A stretch of 64,000 nt of DNA from an uncultured Methanoregulaceae archaeon (GTDB taxonomy: Archaea; Halobacteriota; Methanomicrobia; Methanomicrobiales; Methanospirillaceae), in the NCBI GenBank assembly GCA_963701095.1, contig OY969564.1, positions 1,344,001-1,408,000 of the forward strand. Reading direction: 5' to 3'. Shown here piece by piece: positions 20,298 through 31,423 of the stretch. The translations under genes and the position numbers were made by a program. Numbering within the stretch: position 1 is the stretch's first letter; each line of letters starts with the position of its first letter. The notes under the pieces are model-generated. The model was not told the DNA's origin, searched no databases, and was given only the letters and a program-made list of their open reading frames with translations.

Positions 20298-20915
20298 TTA
20301 CTCCGACCTCCCGGTGCGGATCATATTTGTCTCTTTTAACGCATTGAAAGTCGCTTTTGCGAAATTGATTGTAGTGCGTGTCTGACCGCGTGCAAAGGTC
20401 CAGACATCCTTAATCCCGGCAAGTTCGAGCACTTTCTTGCTGATATCACCGGTGACCAGGCCAATACCCTGAGGTGCGGGCTTGAGGGTAACCCGGACAC
20501 TACCGGCATTACCTTCAACCTGCATCGGAATAGAGTGCATCACATTGCAGCCGCATTCCCAGCTACCGCAGCCACGACGAACCTTGACAAGGTTCATCTT
20601 TGCCTTTGTTATCGCTTTCTTGATTGCATCTCCGACCTGGACATCTTTTCCCTGTCCAAAACCGATATATCCGTTCCGGTTACCGACAATCACGACGGCA
20701 CGGAACTGGACACGACGGCCCGAGTCGGTCATCCTCTGCATCATGGCGATATCGAGGACCTCATCTTCGAGATCCGGGAGGAACATATCAACGATCTCGG
20801 GTTCTTTGATTGGCCTGCCGCTTTCAAGGACCTGATCAATGCTTTTGATCTCTCCTGATGCGACCTGCTTGCCAAGACCGGTGACCGGGCGCCATTCTGC
20901 CTTTTCGTATGCCAT
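20298..20915 (-). CDS. rps5: 30S ribosomal protein uS5
   Basis: [24 protein letters not shown]. Confidence 0.98.
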   Translation of the reverse strand: MAYEKAEWRPVTGLGKQVASGEIKSIDQVLESGRPIKEPEIVDMFLPDLEDEVLDIAMMQRMTDSGRRVQFRAVVIVGNRNGYIGFGQGKDVQVGDAIKKAITKAKMNLVKVRRGCGSWECGCNVMHSIPMQVEGNAGSVRVTLKPAPQGIGLVTGDISKKVLELAGIKDVWTFARGQTRTTINFAKATFNALKETNMIRTGRSE

Positions 20916-21439
20916 TTACACCAGCTCCTTTTTTATGGCGGCTGCCACCTGCTCGACATTCTTGACAATATCACCGGCATTTTTGTTGTGAGCCGCGATA
21001 TGTTCTCCTTTGATACGTTCCTCGGAGGGAATGATAGCTTCGCCATACGGGATCTCAAGACCCGCATCAACTGCACCCTTGAGCGCTGCAAAGACCCGCG
21101 CACCCGGGTAGCCCGGTTAAGCCCGATATCGAGTATTGCACGGTCCTGTCCTGCCTTCTTTGCTTTTGCGGCAAAAAGAAGACCTGTCAGGTACGCTGCA
21201 GGAGTGTTTGCTGTTGCTCCCGTATATCCGTACTTTTCGAGTTCAGCGGAATTGGCCGATACCAGCGTCTTGTCCCCTTCCATCTCGGCAATGACCATCT
21301 GCACGATGATGTGTCGGTTTGTCCTGCGCACTACCATACGTGGTGCGTCGGCGACAACAAGCTTCGTCCTCTGGTAATAATCGGTCCTTCCTTCTCTCCT
21401 TCGACGGAAAGCTACGAAATACCGTGATCCGGTCGCCAT
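20916..21439 (-). CDS. rpl18: 50S ribosomal protein uL18, 1-nt deletion near 21105 (probable sequencing error)
   Basis: [10 protein letters not shown]...LDIGLNRAT; shifted frame gives [19 protein letters not shown]...KKELV to TAA at 20916. Confidence 0.95.
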
Positions 21440-21440
21440 G

Positions 21441-21893
21441 TTACTTCATCCTCCCGGCAATGATCTCCATCTGTGCTTTCATATGTGCGACACTCCGGAA
21501 CTGCCCGCCAGCTGCCTTACGATAAATAACCCGGTAAAGATGCCGGTCAATGGTGCCTGCCTCACGGAGTGCGACAAGCGCCTTTCTAATCGCGCGGATT
21601 TTCTGAATCCATGCCCGCTTGCTTGGAGTCCGCGCACCTTGGGCACCTTTCCTTTTTCCGACACCCTTACGGTGTCCATATGCCCGTTGCGCCGTACGCA
21701 CGCGTGCCCGGCCACGGCTTACGCCTTTTTTCTGGTGCGCCTTAATCGCGCCATCGGTGATAAGACCACGTAGGTCTTCACGGGAAATGGCATTCTCAAT
21801 ATCTGTGAGACGCTCGGGATCGAACCAGACGCGGTTGACTCCGCATTTTAAGATTGATGCGGCGATACGTCTCTGGCTGGCAACATCAGTCAT
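21441..21893 (-). CDS. rpl19e: 50S ribosomal protein eL19
   Basis: [28 protein letters not shown]. Confidence 0.97.
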   Translation of the reverse strand: MTDVASQRRIAASILKCGVNRVWFDPERLTDIENAISREDLRGLITDGAIKAHQKKGVSRGRARVRTAQRAYGHRKGVGKRKGAQGARTPSKRAWIQKIRAIRKALVALREAGTIDRHLYRVIYRKAAGGQFRSVAHMKAQMEIIAGRMK

Positions 21894-22638
21894 TCTTCTT
21901 CACCCCGGACGACGACTTTTTCTTTGCTTTGGCATTTTCTGCCTTTGGTTTTTCCGCTGGTGCTATGGATTTCTTTTCTGCCTTCACCGGTGCAGATTTC
22001 TGGCCAGAAGTCTTTGCTGCGGCCTTCGCTTTTGGTTTTGCAGCTTTCTCTTCCTTTTTTGCCGTTTCCTTATCTGCAGGCTTGGCCTTTAAGCCGGTGG
22101 CTTTCACCGGCTTTTTCTCATCAGCACCTTTCTTTTTGGCAGGTTCTGCCTTTGAGATACTTTTCTTTACCGAGGGCTCTTTCTTCGTTGACTTTGTGTC
22201 CTTCTTGGCCTTCGATGCTTCCTTTTCAGGTTTAGACGGAGTCTCTTCTGTGACTCGTTCTTTGATAACGCGGATATTGAGGATTTTAAATCCTGATGAT
22301 AATGCCTTTTCCTGAAGGATTTTACGCTTGCGATCCCCGAGGCCGGCGGATAACCGGATCGCCTGGGTCTTTGCATCGAGTGTTTCGAGATCTTTTTCCG
22401 TGAATACCAGCACTTCAAAGAACCCGCTGGGATGCATGCCGCGCACCGCTACCGGGCTGCCAAAGCCGGGTTTGGGAAGATTTCCCTTTGCTTTTTTCTG
22501 TTCCCGCTGTTTATTGTGCTGTCCACGGGGCTTTCTCCATGAATCGGAGAGCTGCTTTTTCTTACCAAACCCGTCGCGCTTGAAGACGGCACCCTTCTCT
22601 GTGCGCACACGGATCAGTCGCTTGGTTTCTGTTGTCAT
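21886..22638 (-). CDS. rpl32e: 50S ribosomal protein eL32 with long Lys/Ala/Glu-rich C-terminal extension
   Basis: WRKPRG.HNK, GFGSP..VRGMHPSG; ~120 extra low-complexity residues. Confidence 0.95.
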   Translation of the reverse strand: MTTETKRLIRVRTEKGAVFKRDGFGKKKQLSDSWRKPRGQHNKQREQKKAKGNLPKPGFGSPVAVRGMHPSGFFEVLVFTEKDLETLDAKTQAIRLSAGLGDRKRKILQEKALSSGFKILNIRVIKERVTEETPSKPEKEASKAKKDTKSTKKEPSVKKSISKAEPAKKKGADEKKPVKATGLKAKPADKETAKKEEKAAKPKAKAAAKTSGQKSAPVKAEKKSIAPAEKPKAENAKAKKKSSSGVKKND

Positions 22639-22646
22639 TGCTCAGT

Positions 22647-23171
22647 TCAGCCCCTCTGTACCATATATATGCCGTCTTGGAAAACCCGTGGGTCCCGGTA
22701 ACGGATGTGGGTTGCGTGTTCGATATTTGCCGCAGTGTTTCCGACAAGTTCACGGTCAATACCGGTGAGGACAACCTCATCATTTGCCACCTTAGCGGTG
22801 ACACCATCGGCAATATCGGCATACCGGGCCTTCTTTTCACCAAGGAAATTGGCAATTTCAAGCCGCTGTCCCTGCAACTTGAGCTGAATGGGAAAATGGC
22901 TGTAAACGACCTTCATCCGGTATTCGAATCCTTCGGAGACGCCCCGGCACATATTTTTGGCATGTGCCTCAAACGTCCCGACCATTGCATTAATCTCCTT
23001 TCGACTTGATTCGGTCGAAATCACAAGTTCCTTGCCATCACAGGTAACGCTAACCTGCGGGAACCGGACACTCCGGACCAGCTGGCCTTTCGGACCCGTC
23101 ACTGAGAGCTGCGTTCCCTCAAGCTTTACCTTGACGCCATCGGGAATCTTGACCTTTCTTACGCTTGCCAT
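22647..23171 (-). CDS. rpl6: 50S ribosomal protein uL6
   Basis: VTGPKG, YSHFP, NFLGEK, DPRVFQDGIY. Confidence 0.97.
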   Translation of the reverse strand: MASVRKVKIPDGVKVKLEGTQLSVTGPKGQLVRSVRFPQVSVTCDGKELVISTESSRKEINAMVGTFEAHAKNMCRGVSEGFEYRMKVVYSHFPIQLKLQGQRLEIANFLGEKKARYADIADGVTAKVANDEVVLTGIDRELVGNTAANIEHATHIRYRDPRVFQDGIYMVQRG

Positions 23172-23183
23172 TATGTGCACCCT

Positions 23184-23576
23184 CTAGTAGACGTACCCGA
23201 GCAATTCCCCGCCGACACCTGCGTCGCGTGCCTGTACATGCGACATCACGCCACGTGAAGTTGAAAGGATCACAAGCCCGAAATTCTTGCCGGGAAGGTA
23301 CTGCTTCTCCCAGTATTCCATCTCATCCAGCTGGACCGAGAAACGCGGACAGATTGCCCCGCATTTATTGATCTTACCGGTAAGATGCACCTTGAGCTGG
23401 CCGCCGCGGCCATCCTCTATAAACTCAAACCCGGCGATATAGCCGGCGTCCTGCATGATTCTCAGCATTGCGCCGAGGAGTTTGCTTGCAGGTTCGATAA
23501 TGCACTCGGACTTGCCGGTGTCACCTGCGTTCTTTAACGCACTCATCCCGTCTGCGATAGTGTTTAATCGTGTCAT
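23184..23576 (-). CDS. rps8: 30S ribosomal protein uS8
   Basis: [31 protein letters not shown]. Confidence 0.97.
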   Translation of the reverse strand: MTRLNTIADGMSALKNAGDTGKSECIIEPASKLLGAMLRIMQDAGYIAGFEFIEDGRGGQLKVHLTGKINKCGAICPRFSVQLDEMEYWEKQYLPGKNFGLVILSTSRGVMSHVQARDAGVGGELLGYVY

Positions 23577-23590
23577 GGTGCAGTCACTCC

Positions 23591-23746
23591 TCAGTTCATC
23601 TTCTTAAAGCCCATCTTCTGTGCCCACTCACGGAAGCACTGCCGGCAGAACATGATGTGGTATCGGCGGACAAGCCCCTGCTTGCGACCGCACATCTTGC
23701 ACTCGTTTGCACCGCGACCGTAGATCTTCTTCCTTTCGCCACCCAT
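23591..23746 (-). CDS. rps14: 30S ribosomal protein uS14 (zinc-binding; not in the ORF track)
   Basis: Manual translation [51 protein letters not shown]. Confidence 0.96.
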   Translation of the reverse strand: MGGERKKIYGRGANECKMCGRKQGLVRRYHIMFCRQCFREWAQKMGFKKMN

Positions 23747-24252
23747 CAGCGCACCTCCACTTCATATTCTTTCCTGAGGAACGCAATGGCATCCTCCTTT
23801 TTCACGCGCTGTTTCCCGGGAAGCTTCTTTTGCTGCATTCTCCGGCGGGTGATCCTGATGCCATTCCTCTCGAGCACGACGTTGACATCCATCCCGAATA
23901 TCCCAATCTGCGGATCATAGGACATGCCGGGGAAATCCGTATGCTCTTCAATACCAAATGAGAAGTTCCCGCTCTTGTCAAACTGGCTCTCAAAGACCGT
24001 CTTATTGACGATGGTTAAGGCAGTCTTGATAAAGTTTTCAGCGGGTTTACCCCTGAGCGTGACTTTGCACCCAATCGGCGCGCCTTTCCTTATGGAGAAC
24101 GCCGGCTGAGTTATCTTCGCAACACTGCGAATCGGGGTCTGATGGGTGATTGTCTTCATGATATTTTCTGCCTTGACAAGTTTTTCACCACTTTCGCCTA
24201 CCCCCATATGTACCACAACCTTGTCGATGTGGATATCGCGCATTGCTGTCAC
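23746..24252 (-). CDS. rpl5: 50S ribosomal protein uL5
   Basis: [31 protein letters not shown]. Confidence 0.97.
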   Translation of the reverse strand: MTAMRDIHIDKVVVHMGVGESGEKLVKAENIMKTITHQTPIRSVAKITQPAFSIRKGAPIGCKVTLRGKPAENFIKTALTIVNKTVFESQFDKSGNFSFGIEEHTDFPGMSYDPQIGIFGMDVNVVLERNGIRITRRRMQQKKLPGKQRVKKEDAIAFLRKEYEVEVR

Positions 24253-24974
24253 TGTTCAAGCCCCCATCCTGCTTTTGAGACGGTCTCTTTTCCGATCATG
24301 TAGACGTAGGGTGTAATAGTATCGAACCTTTCCTTGGTCTTTTCATCCTCAAGGATAACTTTGTTCGGGACGCTGCCTGCCGTCTTTATAATCTCGACAA
24401 TCCGTGCGACCTTACCGGAATGGCGGCCACCGATAATCGTTGCCATGTTTCCGGCTGCGAACGGATAGTGTTCAAGAATCTTGAACCGGTCTTCGGGCTT
24501 GAGAGAGATGACGATGGAGTCGTTAGATTTGAAGGTATTGTCCGCGATGATGTTTGCGCCATACCTGAGATTTAGCTGGACCTTTCCGCCGGTAATTGTC
24601 GTTTTGTTCTGGATTTTAGTAAGCCGCATCTGGGCTGCATCTGCATCGATCTCGACCGTTTTATGCCGGCCTTTGAGATCACGGAGCATCCGGTAGTACT
24701 TGCCGACACGGGGGAGAGCAATTACATCGAATATACCGATACCCATCTTGGGATCTCTGCATGGCCTTCCATTGACGACAACATCCTTCTGTTTGAGGAT
24801 CTGCTTGACCTCTTTCATAGTGCGGGCAAGGCCCTGCTGGTCCCGGAGCCAGACAGCTACCGGCATTGCATTCGCATTGTGCGGGCCAGGCGCCGTTTTT
24901 GCGACGAATTTTGTGGTTTTCTTGGCGATATGCCAAGAATCCGGCGCGTTGAGCCTTTTAAGATGATCTGACAT
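24249..24974 (-). CDS. rps4e: 30S ribosomal protein eS4
   Basis: [22 protein letters not shown]. Confidence 0.97.
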   Translation of the reverse strand: MSDHLKRLNAPDSWHIAKKTTKFVAKTAPGPHNANAMPVAVWLRDQQGLARTMKEVKQILKQKDVVVNGRPCRDPKMGIGIFDVIALPRVGKYYRMLRDLKGRHKTVEIDADAAQMRLTKIQNKTTITGGKVQLNLRYGANIIADNTFKSNDSIVISLKPEDRFKILEHYPFAAGNMATIIGGRHSGKVARIVEIIKTAGSVPNKVILEDEKTKERFDTITPYVYMIGKETVSKAGWGLEQ

Positions 24975-25339
24975 TATTCCTTCTCCCCGAGTTTTTCGAC
25001 ACGGCGCTTGTCATCGAGCTTGAGTTTCGTAATCTCTACTTTGGATGCATCGACCGGGCGGGGGACTTCGGTGCCATCAACCTTGGTGGATGAAACACCG
25101 TGGACGATGATCTTGACATTACGGGTGTCGATTGCATCAACAAGTCCTTCATCGCCAACGTTGTCGCCGCGGGTGACTCTGACTGTGTCGCCTTTGATTA
25201 CCCGCACTGTCTTTTTCGAATACATATCCCTGAGTGCTGCCGAAAGAGGTGCGTTGAGGAATTTGGACTTCATGTGCGAAGGTGCATTGTATCGCGCTTT
25301 TCTCTGTTTGCGCGGCTGTGAACTTTCAATTCTTACCAT
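24974..25339 (-). CDS. rpl24: 50S ribosomal protein uL24
   Basis: SSQPRKQRK..YNAP, KGDTVRVTRG. Confidence 0.97.
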   Translation of the reverse strand: MVRIESSQPRKQRKARYNAPSHMKSKFLNAPLSAALRDMYSKKTVRVIKGDTVRVTRGDNVGDEGLVDAIDTRNVKIIVHGVSSTKVDGTEVPRPVDASKVEITKLKLDDKRRVEKLGEKE

Positions 25340-25350
25340 ATCAGAACACC

Positions 25351-25748
25351 TCACACAATGATAGTTGCCATAGAGCCAAGCTTCGGGTACCGCTCTGCCA
25401 CTTCACGGGCGACTGGTCCCTTGATCTCAGTTCCTTTTGGTTCGTTCTTTTCGTCAACGACAACAACCGCATTATCGTCAAAAGAGACCCGAAGGCCGTT
25501 AGGCCGGCGCATCTCTTTTTTCTGGCGGATAACTACAGCCCGGACCACTTCTTGCGCATGTCGGGAGTTCCTTTCTTTACCGTAACTGTTGCAATGTCGC
25601 CAAGACCCATCTTGGGCTGACGCCGGCGAACACCATGGTAGCCGAAAACAGAGACGATTTGCACTATGCGTGCCCCGGTATTGTCGGCGCAGGTCAGCTT
25701 GGTTCCCGTCGCAAGAGCCCTTGGGGTCTTGGACTGCTTTGCCTTCAT
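25351..25748 (-). CDS. rpl14: 50S ribosomal protein uL14, 1-nt deletion near 25547 (probable sequencing error)
   Basis: CADNTGA...[11 protein letters not shown] in one frame; [10 protein letters not shown]...FDDNAVV...GPVARE in the other. Confidence 0.95.
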
Positions 25749-26071
25749 GGCTGCTGCACCTCGACAACGACATACGTCGTGCTCTTCGATAACGGTCTGC
25801 ACTCAGCGATCTTCACGAGATCCCCCACCTTTGCCTGGATGCAGGGCGGGTTATGGGCATGAAGTTTCGAGATGCGCTTCTCGTATCGGTTGTATTTCCT
25901 GACGTAGTGCAGGTAATCCCTGGCAACTACGACCGTTCCCATCATTTTGTCGCTCACGACCTTACCGGTGATCACCTGGCCGCGCACCGGTAAAGTGCCA
26001 TGGAAGGGACAATTAACGTCCTTACACTCTTCTTTGGGAGCCTGGACGTTCAATCCAATGTTTTGTGCCAT
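25745..26071 (-). CDS. rps17: 30S ribosomal protein uS17
   Basis: [24 protein letters not shown]. Confidence 0.97.
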   Translation of the reverse strand: MAQNIGLNVQAPKEECKDVNCPFHGTLPVRGQVITGKVVSDKMMGTVVVARDYLHYVRKYNRYEKRISKLHAHNPPCIQAKVGDLVKIAECRPLSKSTTYVVVEVQQP

Positions 26072-26089
26072 TATGGTATCCTCTCTTGT

Positions 26090-26356
26090 TTACGCTCGCC
26101 TGAGCCTCTTTTCTGGAGCCAGTATCAGTGCGGAACCATTAATCTCAACAAGTGTCCTGTCGGGAAGATCAATCCGGAATGCAGTCCCTGCTTTTGGGAT
26201 CTTTTTTATTCCGGCCTGCGTCTCTATAACGACTAGATTCCTTGTCTCATCGATAATGCGTCCGCTTACCCCGCGGTGAAACGGGTTTGCAGCTCCAGCT
26301 ACCAGAACGTCAAGACCGATCAGTTCATGCCTTGTAACGTTCTGGCAGGAGATCAT
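26090..26356 (-). CDS. rnp1: Ribonuclease P protein component 1 (Rpp29/Pop4)
   Basis: RHELIGL, G.IIDETRN, IPK, PEKR; position between rpl29 and rps17. Confidence 0.93.
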   Translation of the reverse strand: MISCQNVTRHELIGLDVLVAGAANPFHRGVSGRIIDETRNLVVIETQAGIKKIPKAGTAFRIDLPDRTLVEINGSALILAPEKRLRRA

Positions 26357-26556
26357 ACGCGGCTCCTGCGGGTCTTCTCAGTCATCAGGCGGGCGATGGT
26401 ACGACGAAGTTCCCGGATATGCCCGGGATTTTCAGTCGCACCACCGGCACTGACTTTTCCGTAGTGCTGGACAAGCTCCATCCGGAGTTTTTCCATTTGT
26501 TCCTGCAGTTCGATATCGGTCAGCTGTCCGACATCATGCGCCCGTAAGATTGCCAT
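26353..26556 (-). CDS. rpl29: 50S ribosomal protein uL29
   Basis: MAILR, ENPGHIRELRRTIAR. Confidence 0.96.
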   Translation of the reverse strand: MAILRAHDVGQLTDIELQEQMEKLRMELVQHYGKVSAGGATENPGHIRELRRTIARLMTEKTRRSRV

Positions 26557-26559
26557 ATT

Positions 26560-27252
26560 TTACACCTCATCGGGAATGTTATCATCAGGAAGAGCCGGTT
26601 CATCGGTATCTATGTCACCGATAACAGTGACTGTGGGTTTGGGAACCGGTTTCTTTACCTGTTCGATAATTGCAAAATGGTCGGGCATCTTCGCATCTGC
26701 GGGTACAATCTTTACTTGTACACCGATCACACCAAGTTTCTTGATAGCAATCGCGTAGCCTTTTTCTACGATGGTGTTGCTCGGTTCACCGCAGTGCTTG
26801 ATATAACCTTCAGTAAACTTCTGGGTACGAGCTCGTGCCCCGGTTAACTTGCCGGCGATGACGACTTCACAACCCAATGCACCAGAATCCATGACACGGC
26901 GCATAATACTGGAACCTGCTTTACGGAAGTACCAGCCTCGTTCAAGAGCGTTTGCCAGTCTCTCCGCCATAATCTGGGCGTTGAAACTGGGGTTCTGGAC
27001 CTGCTGAACTTCGATTTGTGGAGATTCAACCCCATAGTTCTGGGCAAGATCCTGTGTCAGCTGGTGGACGAGTTTACCGCCCTTACCTATTACAATTCCC
27101 GGCTTTTCTGCAAAGATCGTAACCTGGGTTCCAAGGGGGGTGCGGGCAATATCCATGCCGCCAAATCCTGCACGCTTGAGCTCTTTTGTCAGGTATTTCT
27201 CTACACGTGCCTTACGGACACCTTCTGATATGAATTTCTTTTCGACGGCCAT
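26560..27252 (-). CDS. rps3: 30S ribosomal protein uS3
   Basis: KPGIVIGKGG KH motif, LERGWYFRKAG, GKLTGARAR. Confidence 0.98.
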   Translation of the reverse strand: MAVEKKFISEGVRKARVEKYLTKELKRAGFGGMDIARTPLGTQVTIFAEKPGIVIGKGGKLVHQLTQDLAQNYGVESPQIEVQQVQNPSFNAQIMAERLANALERGWYFRKAGSSIMRRVMDSGALGCEVVIAGKLTGARARTQKFTEGYIKHCGEPSNTIVEKGYAIAIKKLGVIGVQVKIVPADAKMPDHFAIIEQVKKPVPKPTVTVIGDIDTDEPALPDDNIPDEV

Positions 27253-27253
27253 G

Positions 27254-27718
27254 TTATGCCACTTCCCGAACCACAATCTCGATATTTACGGTTTCACGGA
27301 CTTTGGGAGATGCACGGCCCATCGCACGGGGGAAAAACGCCTTCTGGGCGCGTCCGCGGTTTGCCGAAACATGGATAATCTCCAGGTTCTCTGTGTCAAG
27401 TCCGCTATATTCTGCGTTCTTCTTGATCGATTCAAGAATCCTGATATAGGCTTTAGAGGCCTTGACCGGGTATCGTCCAGCGTCCCAGTTGCCAGGCAGA
27501 CCACGCTTGTGTGCTACGTTCCTGTTAAAGGTCCGGAACGGGATCGCTTTCTTGAGTGCGACGACATCCGCCAGATATGTAAGAGCTTCATCAACCCTCT
27601 GGTGTCGGATGAATGTTGCAATCTCGATCGCGTGCTTGGGAGAGACGGAAAGCTCGTTTGCCTTGCCTCTGGCGATGTTATCGCCTTCAATCTTCTTTGA
27701 ATATGCAATGCGTGCCAT
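27254..27718 (-). CDS. rpl22: 50S ribosomal protein uL22
   Basis: VSPKHA.E, GRYPVKA, PRAMGRA. Confidence 0.97.
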   Translation of the reverse strand: MARIAYSKKIEGDNIARGKANELSVSPKHAIEIATFIRHQRVDEALTYLADVVALKKAIPFRTFNRNVAHKRGLPGNWDAGRYPVKASKAYIRILESIKKNAEYSGLDTENLEIIHVSANRGRAQKAFFPRAMGRASPKVRETVNIEIVVREVA

Positions 27719-27723
27719 TTCCA

Positions 27724-28143
27724 TCACTTCAGCGGTACGTATTTACTGCCCCTTGTTGCACCGATACCGGCGGAACCATGGGTAACCCTCTTTCTGGTGA
27801 GTGCAAATTCGCCGAGATAGTGGAAGACTGCTTCTGGCTGGAATTCGACTTTTAAGAACTCCTTACCATTGTAAATCTCGACACTTTTACCAATCATCTC
27901 GGGCATAACGATCATTTCGCGCAGATGGGTCCTGATCTTCTCGTCGCCACTGCGTATCTTCGCAAGTAACGTTTCTTCGCCCCGGTTGAGTCCCCGGTTG
28001 AATTTGCGGCGTGCACGGGCTGGCATCAGAGGAATGAGTTCGCTTAATCCCATCGCTTTGAGCTCGTCGATCTTGTACCCGCGGTAGGTAAACTCCTCAC
28101 GCCGTCTGGGCATTCTCTTCTGAGTCTTTTTTGGTGCTGCCAT
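27724..28143 (-). CDS. rps19: 30S ribosomal protein uS19
   Basis: [30 protein letters not shown]. Confidence 0.97.
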   Translation of the reverse strand: MAAPKKTQKRMPRRREEFTYRGYKIDELKAMGLSELIPLMPARARRKFNRGLNRGEETLLAKIRSGDEKIRTHLREMIVMPEMIGKSVEIYNGKEFLKVEFQPEAVFHYLGEFALTRKRVTHGSAGIGATRGSKYVPLK

Positions 28144-28148
28144 ACCAT

Positions 28149-28864
28149 TCACTTCCTGCTCTTACCTGTCTGGCGTGCTGCCACATGTCCGACTGTCCTG
28201 CCTGGAGAGGTACCCGGGCAATGGTTTTTGGACGACCCGTATGCTGGTGGCCACCGCCGCCGAACGGGTGATCGATAACGTTCATTGCGACACCACGGAC
28301 ACGCGGCCAGTTGGACGCGGTGTTCTTCATCTTGTGAGATTTGTTGCCGGCTTTGACAAACGGCTTCTCAACGCGGCCACCACCGGCGACAATGCCAACA
28401 GTTGCACGGCAGCGAGCGTTGAACCATTTGGTCTTGCCGCTCGGCATCCGTACACCCACACGTTCACCGATCTTGTCGACGACAACTGCCTGGACCCCGG
28501 TTGAGCGGACAAATTTGCCACCGTCGTTAGGGCGCGATTCTATGTTGCAGATGTACGAACCAGTCGGAATGCTCTGGAGCGGAAGCGTGTTCCCGTTCTT
28601 GACCTCGACATCCGTTCCCCAAGCGACGGTCTCGTCGATACCCATTCCTTCGGTAACCAGCATGTAGACCTTGGAGCCATCTTCGAGCTTCACAAGAGCA
28701 ATAGGGGCGTTTCTCGCCGGGTCATGCTCTATATCTACGATAATGCCGGTGATCTTCTTTGTACTATCAACGATATGTTTCAATTCAGCCTTATACCGGT
28801 GGGATGGGGCGCGATAGGTCGGGCCTCCCCTGCCCCGGTTCTGTGTAGTAATTCGATGTCCCAT
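28149..28864 (-). CDS. rpl2: 50S ribosomal protein uL2, 1-nt deletion near 28213 (probable sequencing error)
   Basis: HDPAR.AP, WPRVRGVAMN..DHPFGGG; shifted frame restores TSPGRTVGHVAARQTGKSRK to TGA at 28149. Confidence 0.96.
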
Positions 28865-28873
28865 GTTTCCCAC

Positions 28874-29125
28874 CTACATAATGCCAAGCCGGCTCAGGAT
28901 TTCCTCAGCGGCCTTCTCGTTCTCGAAGCTCACAATGGCCTTTTTTTCGCCATGCATGGTCATAATCGTGTGAACGCGCTTTACCTTCTGATCAAACACT
29001 TTCTCAAGCTCGCGTTTGATATCCTTCTTGGTGGCCTTATTACTGACCATAAACTGGAGTTTGTTCTCGTTTTCCAGAAGCACCATGGCTTTTTCTGTAA
29101 CAAACGGGTGTTTTAAGGTAGACAT
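28874..29125 (-). CDS. rpl23: 50S ribosomal protein uL23
   Basis: PFVTEKAM, NKLQF.V, GEKKA. Confidence 0.97.
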   Translation of the reverse strand: MSTLKHPFVTEKAMVLLENENKLQFMVSNKATKKDIKRELEKVFDQKVKRVHTIMTMHGEKKAIVSFENEKAAEEILSRLGIM

Positions 29126-29872
29126 TTACCTTCCCTCCAGGCGCACGACAGCACTCTCAGTCCAGACGGTCAGGCGCCCTGCCTGCATCCCCGGAGCGAG
29201 GTGTTCGACATTGAGCTGGTCAACGGTCACGACATCAACACCGGCAAGATTCCGGGCTGCACGGAACTCTGGACCCGAAGTAACAATGAGCAGACTTTTT
29301 CTCTGCTTGTATCTGCGACCACGGAGTTTGCCTTTGCCAGCACGGACCTTGCGGCTGTCCTTTGCTCGTTCGATATCGCTGTATACACCAATATTTGTCA
29401 GGGCGGAGATGACATCCTGTGTCCGGCCGAGAGTCTCGAATTTATCCTCGAAAATCAACGGAACGTTTCCATCAAAGGTGTGGCCCCGGCTGCTTATGAG
29501 ATCCGCACGGATACTTGCTGCAACGGCAGAACGGAATGCCTTTTGTTTCTCTTTTGTATTGATCTCTTTTATCAGGATCTTGGCGGTAACAGGCGGATGT
29601 GCTTCACGCCCGCCTTTTGCCTGCGGGACTTTTGCTGCACGAGACCCGTTCTTGAGACGGGGGACATGCGATGCACCGCGGCCGCTTCCCCAACCTACTG
29701 CCGAAGAACAAATACCTGCAAACGGGTACGATCCATGCGGCTGGCGTCTCGTGCTCTGGAGCGCCATTACTGCCTTTTTGATCAGGTCCGGGCGGTATTC
29801 CTCGGAGAATATAGCCGGGAGTTCGATATCTTTTGTCACTCCGCCTTCAATTGTCTTAACCTGCGCTTTCAT
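29126..29872 (-). CDS. rpl4: 50S ribosomal protein uL4
   Basis: RPDLI, WGSGRG, GGREAHPP, LAPG..AGRLT. Confidence 0.97.
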   Translation of the reverse strand: MKAQVKTIEGGVTKDIELPAIFSEEYRPDLIKKAVMALQSTRRQPHGSYPFAGICSSAVGWGSGRGASHVPRLKNGSRAAKVPQAKGGREAHPPVTAKILIKEINTKEKQKAFRSAVAASIRADLISSRGHTFDGNVPLIFEDKFETLGRTQDVISALTNIGVYSDIERAKDSRKVRAGKGKLRGRRYKQRKSLLIVTSGPEFRAARNLAGVDVVTVDQLNVEHLAPGMQAGRLTVWTESAVVRLEGR

Positions 29873-29878
29873 CTCTGA

Positions 29879-30895
29879 TCACCCCTGCTTGCTCTGAACG
29901 CTCACAAACTGGATTGCGGGCGAGCGAACAACATGTTCTCCCTGTCGTATTGCCGGGCGGATACGGATAAGACGCTTTGCCGGGCCTGGTATAGAGCCCT
30001 TGATAACAACGTACGCGTTCCTGAGAACACCATAGTTCAGGAAACCTCCAGCCGGTGTGATCTCTGCGCCGTTCTCACCAATTTTCAAAATACGCTTGTT
30101 GAACTCGGTACGCTGCTGGTACCCCATCTGACCGCTCTGCGGAACTTGCCAGCGGACGTGGTGGGGATTCCAGGGTCCAAGAGTACCAACATGACGCTCT
30201 TTTCCACCAACAGAATGTTTCCTCTTTCGAAGAGTAACACCCCAGCGCTTGACAGGTCCCTGGGTGCCTTTACCGATTGTAATCGCAGTAATATCGGCAT
30301 ATGCACCGGTCTCAATTATATTGTTAAGCCGGAATTCCGTTCCCAGCAGTCCAAGGGCGTACTCGTATTGTTTTGCAATATCGCCACCGGCTATTTTGAT
30401 CTCCATAAGATCGGGCACTTTTTTCGGTACTCCGCTTATGATTGCAGGCTGGGTATATGCAAGCACATAAAGCTCTGCCAGCAGTCCAGCCGCTAGTGCG
30501 TCTGTACATTTCTTCTTTGCCGAAGTACTGTCATAGTTCTTGTGTACCGTTACACGACGGGAGAGCTGCTCGTCCATCGGCTCTGCCCAGATTTCCGTGA
30601 ACGCATGTCTACCGTAGGTATCCTGTGAATAAGCCCGTATAGCGGCCACTTTCATAGTCGGGATTTCGATGATCGTAACCGGGACCATGATCTCCTTACC
30701 TTCTGTCGGGCTGCTCTTGTGGTCATCAACCATGAGAACATGCGTCATCCCCACTTTATAGCCTGCAAAGCCCAACAGCGCGGGTGCGGTACCGTTGCGC
30801 TGTGGCCAGGACTTGTATTTTGGTATGGGGCTCTGTGCACGTTTTCGTGGACTGTATGCCAGTGAGCCTCGGCGTGGTCTGTTTATCTTTGGCAT
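29879..30895 (-). CDS. rpl3: 50S ribosomal protein uL3
   Basis: [34 protein letters not shown]. Confidence 0.98.
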   Translation of the reverse strand: MPKINRPRRGSLAYSPRKRAQSPIPKYKSWPQRNGTAPALLGFAGYKVGMTHVLMVDDHKSSPTEGKEIMVPVTIIEIPTMKVAAIRAYSQDTYGRHAFTEIWAEPMDEQLSRRVTVHKNYDSTSAKKKCTDALAAGLLAELYVLAYTQPAIISGVPKKVPDLMEIKIAGGDIAKQYEYALGLLGTEFRLNNIIETGAYADITAITIGKGTQGPVKRWGVTLRKRKHSVGGKERHVGTLGPWNPHHVRWQVPQSGQMGYQQRTEFNKRILKIGENGAEITPAGGFLNYGVLRNAYVVIKGSIPGPAKRLIRIRPAIRQGEHVVRSPAIQFVSVQSKQG

Positions 30896-30915
30896 GTGTC
30901 AATCATTCCTTTGCA

Positions 30916-31396
30916 TTCGTGTTTTGGATTTTTGCTAGACACGAACTAGAGATATGAATCCGAGACTGAAGTGTTCTCACTTGCCTGTCCGGTAAGCCAA
31001 CGCGCGATCCGGTGTCATCAGGCACACATCATTTCCGCTTTTCGAGGCGGTTGTGCTTTGCCTATGAACTTGTCGGCCAGAAACCCAGAAGCACAGGAAT
31101 AGAAATATTTCCATGCTTCAACGCAGTTCTGGTATTTTTCTCGCGAAAGAAGACCCTGACATTGACGCATCCCCTGAATTCAATCAGGGGAATAGGCACG
31201 TTATCATAACGTCCACCTTTACGTCACAGTCAGATCCAACTCTGTCAGCCCGTTGTGACGGATCACAACTCCTTCTCGGGATCCTCCTCATCCATGGGGA
31301 GGTCACCAATCGGGAAATACCCACGGCAATACCATTTCCGGGGTTGTTTCGGATCTGGTTCCGCCGTTACTGTTCCTGTCTCACAGACTGAAACAG
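30916..31396. ncRNA. Candidate structured RNA (long leader of the rpl3 operon, or an antisense RNA)
   Basis: No credible ORF; at least nine stem-loops tile the region (see findings). Confidence 0.55.
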
Positions 31397-31423
31397 CAGG
31401 GATATCCCCATATCGGCTTCCGT

